From: Takakia lepidozioides
Lineage: Eukaryota > Plantae > Bryophyta
Length of the DNA stretch: 64,000 bases
Assembly (NCBI GenBank): GCA_030704615.1
Contig: CM060731.1
Span: 34,286,001 to 34,350,000 of the forward strand
Direction: 5' to 3'
How positions within the stretch are numbered: position 1 is the stretch's first letter; every line of letters begins with the position of its first letter. A program made the position numbers and the translations under genes. Shown here piece after piece: positions 52,201 to 64,000 of the stretch. Below the pieces are notes generated by a model. That model ran no database searches. It was not told the DNA's origin and worked only from the letters and a program-made list of their open reading frames with translations.

Positions 52201-53786
52201 ATAGATGCCAGGGTGGATGTCTATGCCCTTTACCAGGAAAGCAGTGGGCTTGGTGGAGGTGCCCCATCCTGCCATCCTGCATGACTACATACTCTTAGTT
52301 TTAAATCATTACAGTCAAACCCACGTAACATATCTCCAAAGCCCCTACATGCCTCAAGAAGAAAAGGATCTGTCCACCAGGACAGGGTTGTGCCTACGTA
52401 TAACAAAGTCACAAACTGCTTCAATCATCTACTTTCAGGTTAAACTGTCTCTATATTTGAGTGGGAGGCCTTTGATACCCATTGTATTGTTGTATTATCA
52501 ATCTTTGAATCGAGATATTTCTGCTTTGACCCAATCTAGAGCATGGTCAACTGCAAGTTTCCAGTGGGAACCACTTGTAGGCAGCTGAGTTTTGCCAACC
52601 CCCAATAAGGACCTCCTCCATTGCTTATATCTAAAGCATGGTCACCATCGACTTTGCAGCAGGAACCACTTGTGGGCAGCTGAGCTTCCATACACGGAGG
52701 AAGGAAACTGTGTAACTGGCTGAAGGAGGGGTATGTCCCAGAGAGACAAATATAGGTCATAGCCAACATTCGCAGGACATATGCTTAACCATGACTCATG
52801 CCACAACCATCAAGCAGATTAAACCTGGCAGATATATCACAGAAAAAAGGATATCCAACAGGGATTACAGCGCAATCAAATATGGACTTATCTCTATCAT
52901 GCAATGGATGGAAAGAGGAAGAGTGCATGAACATTCGAGCATATCTGGAAGGAGCTCATCGAAGGAGTAGGGATGTAGATTACAGTACTGTGTGGCCATA
53001 AAACAAACCTCTTTGAGCAAGATTTGTATAGTTTCTACTCAGATAGTCAGTGAAGGACATAGTTTTACAGGCCTATGCCTACCTTAGGTATTTCTTGAGA
53101 CTGGGGAGGCGTCATAGACATCCCTTGCAAGGATCTGGGGCACGGCATTGCCAACCTGGAAACTCATATTCAGCTCCACAGTCAGGTCCGACAACTCTTC
53201 TGCATGATGTGAGTCACCGTAGGGAGAATGGAGGGCCTTGAGTGTGGCATCTCCGAGCAAGAGAGCAGCCATTCCTGTGCCTCCAGACAAGCGGAAGTAA
53301 CACAGACCCAAGAAAGACCGGACTACTGCATCTACATTCCTACCTTCATCCATACGGTACATTTAATAGCTTAAAAAAGGTCAGTATTGAAAGAACAATC
53401 TCCAAGTGTGGCTCATAGGGTCCCACAAGCAGCAGCCAAGCTCAAAGAACTAATTTGATTATCACAACTTTCTTGAGAGTGAAAACAATAGATGCAGCCC
53501 AAAAAGGCTAGCCGGTTGAGGCCATATCCACTATTCAAGTGAGCTCCACCTTCTGCAGATGATCCTCCTCCCATGACATCTCCCACTTACAAAAACATGC
53601 TCAAAGGCCCAATATTCCTTCTATCAGTACCGTGTCCAAAGCCATCCTCTCCCCTGTGCACGATGAAACTGATGGCGCACTACCGAGTAAGAACTGACAG
53701 AAGGAGGAAACCCTATTTGAGCACTGCTGGCACCCCATCACCACACTTGCCTAAGGCACAATCCCAAAAACTGCTCTGACGTTAAA

Positions 53787-54731
53787 TCAATAAGGGCGAG
53801 AACGGTTGTTACCCCCCCCCTCCCGTCTGTCCGGACCACCACCACCACCACCCCGCTGACCCCCTCGAAACCCACCCCCACCTCTAAATCCTCCACCCCC
53901 AGGCGCCGGAGGTCGAGGTGCAGATTTTGCAGCCATTGTGACCTTTATCTTGTGGCCTCTCAGTTCATAGTTGTTGAAGAACCCGCCTGCAGAGTGTGCT
54001 GCTGAAGGATCTTCATAGCTCAACACAGCATCTCCCTTTATTTTCCCTGCTTCGTCCGTGTAAATCTTGATATTCCAAGGCCATTGATCCTTGTAACCCC
54101 GCTTCTGCTTCAGCCGTGCCACCTGACCGATACCCCCAAAGAGCTCCCGGAGCTCATCTTCCTTCACATCCAGCGGCAAGGCTGAGATGTAGATTCTTGT
54201 ATTGTCACAAGATTCATTACAATTTTCGTCACACTGTTTTACTTCCACATCTGCCGCACCCCCTTGAATGTTAGTATCCTCCCTCTGCTGATCATGGTAA
54301 CTGCTGCGGTTGTCATTGAACCCTTTACTTTGGTCTCTGTCATTGTTCCTCCCATTCCTTTCTTGATTCCCTCCATAGCCAGCAGAGCTGTCCAGGTTGC
54401 CACCACCACCCTGGCCTCCATAGCCGCTGCCTTGGTCGCCGCCATACCCAGCAGCCCCAGTCTCCACTCCTGCAGGTTTTCGCATCCCACACTTGTTGCA
54501 CTCCATCCTCCTTGCAAAGTTGTTGTTCCCGCAGTTGGTGTTGGGACACGTCCAGTCACCACTTCTATCCCCACTGCCACCTCCCCGGGGTCGGCTGTCA
54601 TATCCACCGCCACCTTGATTGCCCCCTCCCCTCTGAAAGTTGCTACGCTGGTCCCCTCTTGACCCTCGGTCTCCTCCGACGTCAGGTACTCCATCCCGAT
54701 ATCTACCTCCCATGTTTGAGTAGTTCGACAT
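53787..54731 (-). CDS. TAF15b: FET-family RNA-binding protein TAF15b (RGG, RanBP2 zinc finger, RRM), single coding exon
   Basis: GDWTCPNTNCGNNNFARRMECNKC zinc finger. RRM CDNTRIYISALP..LFGGIGQVARLKQKRGYKDQWPWNIKIYTD..YEDPSAAHSAGGFFNN. C-terminal RSRPY (PY-NLS). First ATG at 54731; the ORF-track start at 54758 is a GTG. Confidence 0.92.
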   Translation of the reverse strand: MSNYSNMGGRYRDGVPDVGGDRGSRGDQRSNFQRGGGNQGGGGYDSRPRGGGSGDRSGDWTCPNTNCGNNNFARRMECNKCGMRKPAGVETGAAGYGGDQGSGYGGQGGGGNLDSSAGYGGNQERNGRNNDRDQSKGFNDNRSSYHDQQREDTNIQGGAADVEVKQCDENCNESCDNTRIYISALPLDVKEDELRELFGGIGQVARLKQKRGYKDQWPWNIKIYTDEAGKIKGDAVLSYEDPSAAHSAGGFFNNYELRGHKIKVTMAAKSAPRPPAPGGGGFRGGGGFRGGQRGGGGGGPDRREGGGNNRSRPY

Positions 54732-56401
54732 TTCAAAACCCTTGTTTGACCACACCACAGCTGAAGTTGATCCACCTGTTACCGCCTAACAACAGAAGCA
54801 GTGCAAGCGTCCACAAACGAAGTCATGATTCTTGAAAAAACTGCGAAGGAACATTAAAAAACCAACTCTGTCTCATCCCCAATGTAATTCTAAATGGCCG
54901 GGAACTCATCGCGAGCTCATCGTCCTCCAACTCTTGTGCGCTGAGCTTCCAGTAAACTGAAACCCTAAAGTCACACAAGCCCGGCGCTCTTTAAACCAAA
55001 TCACCCCAGACTATACCGACTCGCCTGATATTAGAGCAGATCTGACCTGATGGCCCATTGAACTGTCCAGCGAGCCACCAATGTTTAACGAGGGAAATAC
55101 CAACCTTACACACTGATGCACAAATACATTTTCACTCGCTAGTATGGGCTTGGTTGGAGACGTCTCCAACAACAAGACTAGCAATGGCAGACCAAAGCCC
55201 CTATAATACATAGCATGACGACAGGGTGGACTGTTTTGGCAGTGAGTGTCCGCACTGTGAAGGGACGTACTTTAGATGCCAGAAGAGTCAGGAACTTCTT
55301 CAGTTTTCTTCGAATTTGATAGCGGGAGAAGATACTCGCGAATTTCCACCAACTTCCGGTCCAGTCTCACAGTGCAACTTGCCTTCACAACCTTTAAACA
55401 GCAGGTCGCAGTCCCGAAACAAACCCGCAGTACTAGCCCCACACAATTGAGCCACCCGAATGAAAAAGGAGAGGCAGAAGGGTATCGCTCTTACAGGAAC
55501 TGCAAATTGTTCCACATGGCCAACCCTCCCACCGAAACACGTCTAAGCTCTCAGAGTTGCTTATTATATCCAGCCGAAACCAGGTTGATTGAACCAGCTT
55601 ACTAACCCAGCCACATCCTGCACTCACATTTCTGCGGCGTCCAAGAAGTGCATGCCATGGCAGACATCAAGAAGGCAGAGAAACATGAAGATCGACAGGA
55701 ACATGTGGCGTGCAGATCCGGGAAAACCTCAACCTCTCCAGCAACCTCTTCCCTACGCCAAACCCTAGTTTTTTCTTTCCTTCTCTTTCTCTGCAAGACC
55801 CTCTGCCGTCAGATGTGTCCGTTTTGTTTTTTAAATAACTTCCCCTTTAATGTTTTCTAATTTCTTTTTCTTTTTTATTGAAATGGGACTGTAGCAAACA
55901 AGGAAAAATTAACCCTTTCTGTTGGCTCTTCGTGACCTCCTGGTCCTCTCTTGTTCCTTTTCTTGTGTCTGGACTAAGTCCAACGTCAGACATGGTCTGG
56001 GTCAGTGAAGAAAGGAACTAAACCCCTCATAAAGGGAGGAACAAACTTCCAGACACTCGTAGAACTCTGAATTACCTCCATGAAGGTCTTTCTGGACCCG
56101 TAATTCCCTTTTTTGCGCTCCTTGAATGTTCAGTGTAGTGGTTGCCAATGTGATTGATTCCATCTAACACTAAATCCAATTCTGCAATCACCCTAAGGTT
56201 CTAGAGACACTTACAATTTTATTTTTTTGCTACTACAAAAAGACTAGGAGTTTTCTTAGAACAATGCTGCTTATTACCTAAGGTTTGCTTGTGTCTTATC
56301 TAATACCAGACCTGGATATATGTACCACTTGTATCACCCAAACACCTACTCATATATTTACACCATATCAACAAAATTTCTCAATTCCTATTATTTATAC
56401 C

Positions 56402-58873
56402 GGGGATGTGAGAGCTCCGTACTTCGCGGTGTAGTAGGCTTGGGACTTAGAATTTTTTTGCCTCCTCCTCCTTCCGTCCATGTTGCTCGCGCGTTCATAT
56501 GTCTGGCCTCGTAGTTTGTGCCTCATCTCTCTCTGCTTTAGCTCGGGCTTTCGTCTGCTTTGTCATCTCCAAATTTCGCTGCTTTTATGAGTTTTTAAGA
56601 GCTATCTTGCCTGGTTCATAGCCTCAGTATCAATGACTTGCGCCTAAGTTTTACAGTTTTGTTGCCCTCCTTTCAAGAATTCTTGGTTTTTCGGGGCCTC
56701 TTTAGCCTAGTTTTCGCGGCTACTGATTGTTCTGAGCCATCAGCTTCCGGGAGTGCATGAAGGTTTAATAATCTTCTTTTCAGGTCTCGCATTAGTGACT
56801 CAAGTGTGTTGCTTTATTCCCTCGCATCTGTCATCTCTGCAGCATGTTCCCTCTATAGTGGTGGTTTCATGGGGTCTAGGCTTTGGGATTGTTGGTCGAG
56901 GCAGGTGACAGATGATTTGAGGTGCTCGTCATTGTGGGAGAGCTCGCCTTGTATAAAGCGTTCTTCTGGCTAGGTGGTGCCTACGAGTAGATGATCTGCG
57001 AGATCAATTTCAGGGCTATCTGGGTGGATGCACCCAAGTCTGAACTATCCACGATGACTTAGCCTTGAAATCTAGTCTTTGTCGTGTGCTCTCTCCGTTC
57101 CTGAAGCTCTAGTGCGCAGTCTTGCTTGTCCGGTTCTGATTTCCTTTTGTGTGATTCTCAGTTGGTTTCTTTGTGTCTGTCCGTGTTTAGTTTGTGAGCT
57201 TGGTTTCTTTTGTTTTGTGATGACGTATTGTGGAAGTTCCAGCGGTAGACGGGGAAGTAGAGGACCACTTCCTAATTTTATGCGTGGCAGAGGCAATGGT
57301 AGAGGATGGGGCTTCCAGCCTGGCTCTTCTAGAGACACGTCTACTTCCTCCTTCCCCTCTTTGTTGGGAAAAGGGCCGATTCATGTTGCATCTCCCCCTT
57401 CATCGTCTGAAGCAGAACTTTGGCCGGTGCAGTCTGATCTCCTTGACTCTGATGAACAAATTCATCCCATCAACATGGAGACAGTGCGTAGTCAGACTTC
57501 CAAAATCCAAGCCAGGGGAGTTCTCTTGCATTTTCCTGGGAGGTTGATGAATCATAAATGGGTGCGGGAGTGGGCTTTAGTGCATTTTGGTGGTGAGGGG
57601 CAAATACGCATGTTGTTTTGTCTCCCGAAGGGTACGGGGTTTTTTGCAGTGATGTTTGAAACGGAAGCTGCTGCTTCTCGGGCTCTATCCTTCAATCCTC
57701 ACCTGTCAATCCACAAAGTCCATATATTCCCGTGGTCCTAAGACTGGGGCCACAAGAATGGTATCTTCTGTCGTCCGCGCATCATCTCTTTGCCTTTTCT
57801 GCCCTGTCAGTATCTTGCTTCTTTACCCGAGATAGGCACCAGATTTGGGGACTATCTAGGTTGCTTAAGTGTGCTTGACCCCTAAGGCGTCTAATGCGAT
57901 GGTAGCTGAGCTGACGGGCTAGGGCCCCCTTTCGAATATCAGCAGGATTGGAGATATCTCTGCACCCAAGATTGTTGTCTTAATGCCAGACTCGGCCATT
58001 GTCCCCAAGGCTATTAAGCTTCATTCTTTGGTTGCTCTCTTTATTACTGTAGCAGTGTATGAAGAGCAGTTCAACATGGTTTGTCACGGGTGTAATGGAG
58101 TGGGTCATTTTAAAGCTGAGTGCCCTTTTCTGAGACAGAAAAGGGATTCTAGGGTGGGTATGGTTCCTCTGCCTGTTGTGGGCTCTCCTCTGCATTCTTC
58201 TTCTCCCTCTCTTCCTCATCCTCCCATTCCTCCTGCTTCCTCTCTTGTTTTGACACTGGCCATCAACCAGTTGGCTATGTCCGCCTCCCCTCCTTTGTCT
58301 CGGTCTCCTCGGTCTTTCAAGCGTCAAAAGACCCCTGTCAAGCTTGCAATTCCATTAGGGTCACCTCGGGTGGGTCTTCGGATGTCTCCTAGCATTGCTC
58401 TTCTGGAGAAATCTCTTCTCCCTCTGGTCTTTTCCATTTCACAGTTTTGGGAGTCCACGAGTCCTAGTTTTCAGGATAGTTTGGCATCGCGCTATCTCAG
58501 GCTTCGGTCTTTCAACAATCTCCAGCTAGCTTCTTGGTCTTTGGTCTCAGGTGTTAAGAAAAGTAATGCGATCATCTCCATTACCCCCATTGTGTACCAG
58601 TTGACCGCGGGCGTTCCTCAGATTCTGCTCACCGGAAAATCTTCGGGGGTGGCCTCCTCTTGGGTCACGCATGATGACTTTATCGAGTTCCCTAATCCAG
58701 AGCAAGATGTCGACCTCATCATCAAAAAAATCCATATGTTGTTCTCCTCTGAACTAGCATGTCTGGAGATGAACCCCGAGCTTACTCCTCATTTTGGTTC
58801 CTACCTGGTGGATAACAAACATCACTTTACCTTTTCCACAATACAAGTATTGGTGGCTCTGTCACGGACATAG
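56402..58873 (+). mobile_element. LINE 5' region with a degenerate ORF1 (gag-like, CCHC knuckle), truncated by the En/Spm insertion
   Basis: ORFs 57079..57741 and 57983..58873, including CHGCNGVGHFKAEC. Homologous to the ORF at 1-591. Coding sequence stops at the transposon terminus at 58874. The 5' boundary is approximate. Confidence 0.65.
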
Positions 58874-59656
58874 CCCAGATGAACTTACCAGGAGTAAATA
58901 CCAGAAGTTACCAAGTTATCGTGTTACCGGAAGTTACCATGACTTACTATAATTTACCATGATCTACCATAATTTATCATTACTTACCAAGTTACCGGGA
59001 GTTTATCAAACTACCAAGAGTAACTTGGGAAACTGCTCAGGAAGCACTAGAAGCATTCGTGTCTTTTCCGATTCGACTGCATGTCCGCGACCACTCCGGG
59101 AACCACTTGGTAGTAAACGGGACTACTGGAGAGTCGAAACAGACAATGTGGGCCCACGGGGGCATTTCAGACTGCGGACAGAAGTGGGATCAACGACTCC
59201 GGAGTCGTAGCAGAATTCCGGGCTATTTTACGAATTGCGTAAATACATAAAATTTGAAAAAGCAAAAATTACAAGTGGTTGTAATTACTGCACATGCGAC
59301 TACAAATTTTCTTTCCTAATTCGATTAATGGAATAAAGATATTTATTCATTAAAGTGAATATGTAGTCGACTCAACGACTCCATGAACCACTGCGCATTC
59401 ATTGCACCCATGACTCGGCAGCACATTTGCTGACGTGGCTTTCACAAAAAGAGGTAAACAAAATGTGGCCTTGGGGGAATAGATATTTTAATACGTGCTG
59501 CCTCCACCTGGCAGAGACAAGGATGCAAGTGCTGCGTCGGACATGGCGGGACGTGGGAATGGAAATCCTGACACGGCAAGGCCTTCGTATACTGTGAGCG
59601 CGCGTAGTGGCTTCTCAGAACGGTGTGACATCGGGGTCTTGGTCATTCATTTACAG

Positions 59657-60525
59657 AATGTGCTGGATGGAGGCACGATGGAGCGCGCATACGGGCATGC
59701 CCTTCTGGCATCAATTCCCAAGTATCCACGCAAGGTGAGGCTGCTGAATTGGGTTTTTGCCCGTCTAGTTTTCTGACAGCATGCTCGAAACGTTCATAGT
59801 GCCATTGAGTGGCATCGCAATAATTTGATGTGTAGCTGCTTTTCCATTTCACAAGTTATGCAGAAGGCGTCACAGAAGAAGATCGCAAAGACGTCAAGGC
59901 TGAAGAATATGCCCTTTGGTTGTGAACTACAATCATATCATGCCAAACCCCATTTTCCCCACGCAGATGAGGGAGACATTCTGCATTTGCGAGTGGGACT
60001 TAATTCCTCTAAACCCAGCTTGAAGGCAGTTGTGACACCAGAGAAACTGGAAACTACCTCCAAGAAAGTTGAAACTCGCAAGATAGTCATGTATTCGTCT
60101 CATTATCTCCAACTGGGATTCCGAGTTATCATCCGACCCTTTACATGTGCGCTGGAATGGAGTATAATTCTGGTTTAGGCAGTTATTGCCACCAGACGTT
60201 CGCTTCTCCAATTTTTACATTTAAGGATGTGTCTGTGTTTATGGCACTCTTTCTCCCAAGGAGGCCTGAGTACCCCCCTGTACTTGCAAGAATTTGATGT
60301 GTAGCTGCTTTTCCCTTTCATAAATTATGAAGAAGCAGTCACAGAAGAAGATCGCAAAGAGGTCAAGGCTGAAAGCGTTCATTAAGGTTGTGAACTACAA
60401 TCATATCATGCCAAACCAGCGGCGGCAGATGGTGTCATGAGACATTCTGCGATTTGCGCATAGGTGGACTTAATTTTGATGTTGACTTGAAGGCAGTTGT
60501 GACACCAGTGAAACTGGAAACTACA
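59657..60525 (+). pseudogene. RPL27: Two captured partial copies of ribosomal protein eL27 with intron remnants
   Basis: Exon 59657-59734 (AG/GT bounded) reads NVLDGGTMERAYGHALLASIPKYPRK. Copy A continues VMQKASQKKIAKTSRLK and LKAVVTPEKLETTSKKVETRK. Copy B reads IMKKQSQKKIAKRSRLKAFIKVVNYNHIMP and DVDLKAVVTP. Confidence 0.8.
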
Positions 60526-61352
60526 GGTTAGATGATGGCGTGCTGCATCGCGACATAAACCTGCATTTGACATTCAGGCTTAGGATTCATGCAATTTGGT
60601 GCTAGTCAGGCCTGCACAGTTCCAGAGCACAAGTGGGAGCCCATCCGAGGGATGGGGACCTCGTAAGTGCTTCTTCATTTTGTACTCACCTTGTTTTTGC
60701 ATCGCACTTGTGCTACAAGGGGCAGAGCCATTCATTTGGCTGGAGGTTCAATTCCTCTACAAGTGAGCTATTCCCGTGTCACTACAATCAGTTAGATGTG
60801 TTTGTGGTGGTTGCTGGATTTGCGGCTCTGGGGTGTCTTGCCAAGTGCTTGCAGGGATCAACGTTAATGTGGACGTGGCAGTACATGTAGCAAAAAAGCT
60901 CATTCGCTGGTGAAGAAGACCATGTTGCAACATATGTCATGCTATTGCTTCGAGAGTGCTGCTGTTGGGCAGGTGGGAGAATGCAACAACGGTGAGAAGG
61001 AAAGCAAGGGAAGCACAAAAAGGTGTCGTTCGGTCCTGCTCCTTTGGAGACACCCCCCATTCCACTGGTCTTTGTTCCTGGAAAGCATGCAGCTGGGCCA
61101 GAAAATGCATGCACACATTCACGTCTACTTCCCGTACATGAAGACGATCCTCTCCTCACATGTCAGAAACAATATTGGCAGAACAAAAAAAGTTTGTTCA
61201 CAAGACAGTACGGACCACATACCGGGACATTATCGATACTATTAACTGTGCCCTTGCGCGCTTGCAGGACTGTACAAAATGGGTTCTAAGGACAGTAAGA
61301 GTCCTTAGCATAGCTCTCGTCTATGAGCTGCTGGCTTAATGGACACTGAGAT

Positions 61353-64000
61353 TCAGCTGGGCTCACTATCTATATCCAAATAATCTTCCCCTTCACTACC
61401 CACATCTGCAATTTGCCTTGCGGTAATTACCAACCCTGGAATGTCTTCCTCATTAAAGGTAACTGCTCCTTCCAAAGAGACTGGTTCGGCCGTATCTGGT
61501 AGATTTTGTGGTTCCCTCAGACCCTCGTGGTCGGCATTCTCCCCTAGGTCCAGATCATGGACGTCGGCCACGACTCGTTTGGCCCGGGGGTCCTTGTGAA
61601 GAACCACCTTCCATCCCGGCGCATGGGTGTCATCTGAAAAGAAAACTTGCTCAACTTGCGATGGGAAGATGAATGGCTCTTCATCTTGTGGTAGCATTTT
61701 TCTGAAATCAGCAAGGAGGAACCCGTACTCATCCCGTTTCATGGTGGCATTCTCTCCTACCATATTGGCTTTTACCCAAGAACAACGGAATAGAATTGGC
61801 TTCACAAGACCATAGTCTAGTTTAAGGATCTCTTTGATCACTCCTACATATTGCACATGGCATGAAATTGGATTCTGATCTCGTGCACAGCTCCTACTCT
61901 CTTGTTCAAAAAATGATGCCACTCCGCTGTCATAAGTCACCAGGAGGCTGGTGTTGGCATCGTCCACTCTATAGTGATTGCCATATGCTTTCATTGACCG
62001 GTACGAAGTGGCAATCAGCCCTGGGGGGAATGACAGACTCACCATGCCCTCATCTGGGTCCTCGTTCTCTGATGCGTACACTGCAATTGCAGATCTGACC
62101 CACACTGTAAAGGGCTGCAGCTCCTCCATTGTTGTGGGGTACTCCACCGGGGATCTGCGCCTACGACCGCCCCTCCGCCATGCTTTTGCAAATGCACTCC
62201 GTTCCGTTTTCAGGCGGACCTTCTCCGCTGCGTACTTTCTGGCAGAAACCAAATAGAAGCTGCAACTCAGTCCCCCTGACCAACACCGTGCTGTACATGC
62301 ATGCCACATGCAGAGTGTGTGTCCTTTCAAGCACACTGTAGTGATGCAGCCTACTTCATAATCACTTGCAAGCAACAACCAAGATCTACGAAACACCCTC
62401 TGTAGTCGTCTGAAGCACCCTGTTAGTACACGATCCCACTCCCATAGTGGCCGGAATGACTTGTGACAATATATATGTAATTCCAGCATACAAAGACCAT
62501 TAAGAATAGCACAGGAGGGATGTAAGTTGGCACCCACTGTCTCCATGGTGTCATGGTTGTTGTGTTGTTCAGCACATAATCATGTGCCACATCCCGAAGG
62601 CGCGGGCTCATGGCACGCTTTGTTCCACCACCTTCTAGGACCTCGCCTACAACTCCTTCTTCCTCGTTCTCGTCCCACACCCGTCGTTGTATTGCATCAA
62701 ATGAAGACATATACTCTGTCATGAAGCCCAGGGCTTCGTCGCGGATGTAGCCCTCCGCCATACTCCCCTCTGGCCGTGCCATGTTGCGTACATACCCCTT
62801 CAGATCCTTCATGTACCTCTCCATGGGGTACATCCACCGGCTGGCTACGGGCCCACACACATGCAACTCCTCTACAAGATGCACTAGCAAGTGCGTCATG
62901 ACGTCAAAGAATGATGGAGGGAATTCTTTCTCCAGCAAACATAGGGTCATAGCCACATCCTCATGCAACGATGTAATGTCCCTCGGATCCCACACCTTCG
63001 CACAAATCTTCCTAAACACTCGACTTACACGCATTATGGCTGTTCGAGGACCTGGCGCCATCGTACCCCGAATGCACACTGGCAAAATCTGTTGCATCAT
63101 CACGTGTAGATCATGTGACTTCATCCCCGACCATTTCTTGTTTATGGCATGCTTTTGGAAAGCACCCGAGAATCCGGTTGGCACTTTCATGGCTCCCAAT
63201 GTCTTCAAAAAATCCTCTTGCTCTGATTTGGTCAGGACGTATGATGCTGCTGGCATGAGCACTTTGCCTGGTCTATTTGGATCAGGCCTTAGCCACAGAT
63301 GTGACCGTATCCCTTCAATCTCCATGTCCTTTCGTACGTTTATCGTATCCTTCTCCCCAAAGATAGTCTTCAGAATGTTCTCGCAGAAGTTCTTCTCACA
63401 ATGCATGGGGTCCAGGAGGTACCGCTGCAAGAGGTTCTGAAATGCCAAATGTCCTCCCATGAGACCAAGTTCTATGGGCAAAAAAAGTAGAATATGTGGC
63501 AGAAGTTGTCCATGTTACTACATTCTGCTTTCAACAACTCCACGATCCTCTCCACAGTGAGGTGTACGACTTCAACATCTACTGCATAGTAGTTACACTG
63601 ACTTAGGAGTTGGTGGAAGGACTCCTGACAGTAAAGGTAATTCCAGGAAGCACAATGTGAAAGAAAGTGAGTGAATGGGGGGGGGGGATTCATGCACCTT
63701 CCAGTATGGCAAATCCCAAAGGATTGTCCGGCGCTTCACCCCGTGCTCCATGGCTGGATCCGCACTACTTCCGTCTCTCCCTCCAATCTCCATGAACGCC
63801 TCTTTCTCCTTTGCAAATTGCAATGTCTCCTCCGGTGTCACAGCATTTGGTGCCATTCTCTTTTCAACACATCCATTGAAGTGCCTTCCTGCTCGTCGGT
63901 AGGGGTGGTTTCTTGCAAGGTAACGTCGATGCCCCATGTATATTGTCTTCCCTAGTGGCTTTGAGTGCCGTGAATCCACATAGGGCCCACAAATGGGGCA
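61353..64000 (-). CDS. En/Spm TnpD-like transposase (Transposase_21 / DUF4218 / DUF4216), 5'-partial, spliced
   Basis: YMGHRRYL, LWDLPYWK, LDPMHCEKN, GMKSHDLHVMMQ, FPPSFFDVMTHLLVHL, RWMYPMERY, PEGSMAEGY, LFRCSW, EPFIFPSQVEQVFF. Two introns (about 63440-63697 and 62243-62538) restore one continuous frame. Confidence 0.9.

Larger units (their letters stand above)
58874..64000 (-). mobile_element. En/Spm (CACTA/CMC superfamily) DNA transposon, continuing past the right edge
   Basis: Transposase gene at 61353-64000. Candidate terminus CCCAGATG at 58874, followed by dense TTACC subterminal repeats to about 59030. Confidence 0.8.

Noticed and set aside
52566-52685. 23-bp direct repeat GGAACCACTTGT(A/G)GGCAGCTGAG
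   Set aside because: Only two copies and no element features. Probably a local microduplication.
58874-59030. Short repeated TTACC units suggesting a CRISPR-like array
   Set aside because: No constant repeat/unique spacer structure, and the context is eukaryotic. They fit transposon subterminal repeats.

Overview
Eukaryotic land-plant genomic DNA: spliceosomal introns, PLS-type PPR relics and plant-type transposons. A non-seed plant such as a bryophyte is my low-confidence guess. The window holds five apparently intact host genes: a C9orf78/CSU2 splicing-factor homolog (+), a cation-chloride cotransporter CCC1 (-), a CYP85-clan/CYP707A-like P450 (-), an intronless neprosin (-) and a TAF15b FET-family RNA-binding protein (-). 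A frameshifted tandem copy of the neprosin lies next to the intact one. About 32 kb between the P450 and TAF15b is a nested transposon island: two LINE relics, a degenerate Ty3/Gypsy element with a dUTPase-like domain, hAT-like and Tc1/mariner-like non-autonomous elements, a decayed Mutator-like transposase, and PPR and NDPK pseudogene fragments. Related LINE ORF1 sequences lie at 1-591 and 57-59 kb. An En/Spm (CMC) element with an apparently intact transposase runs off the right edge and carries duplicated, intron-containing fragments of ribosomal protein eL27. The most notable items are this eL27 capture, the Gypsy dUTPase-like domain, the intronless neprosin pair (copy 1 bracketed by inverted repeats), a small hairpin-bearing dispersed repeat with flanking duplications, and an Asn at the P450 I-helix acid position. 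All family assignments come from motif recall; no database searches were run.
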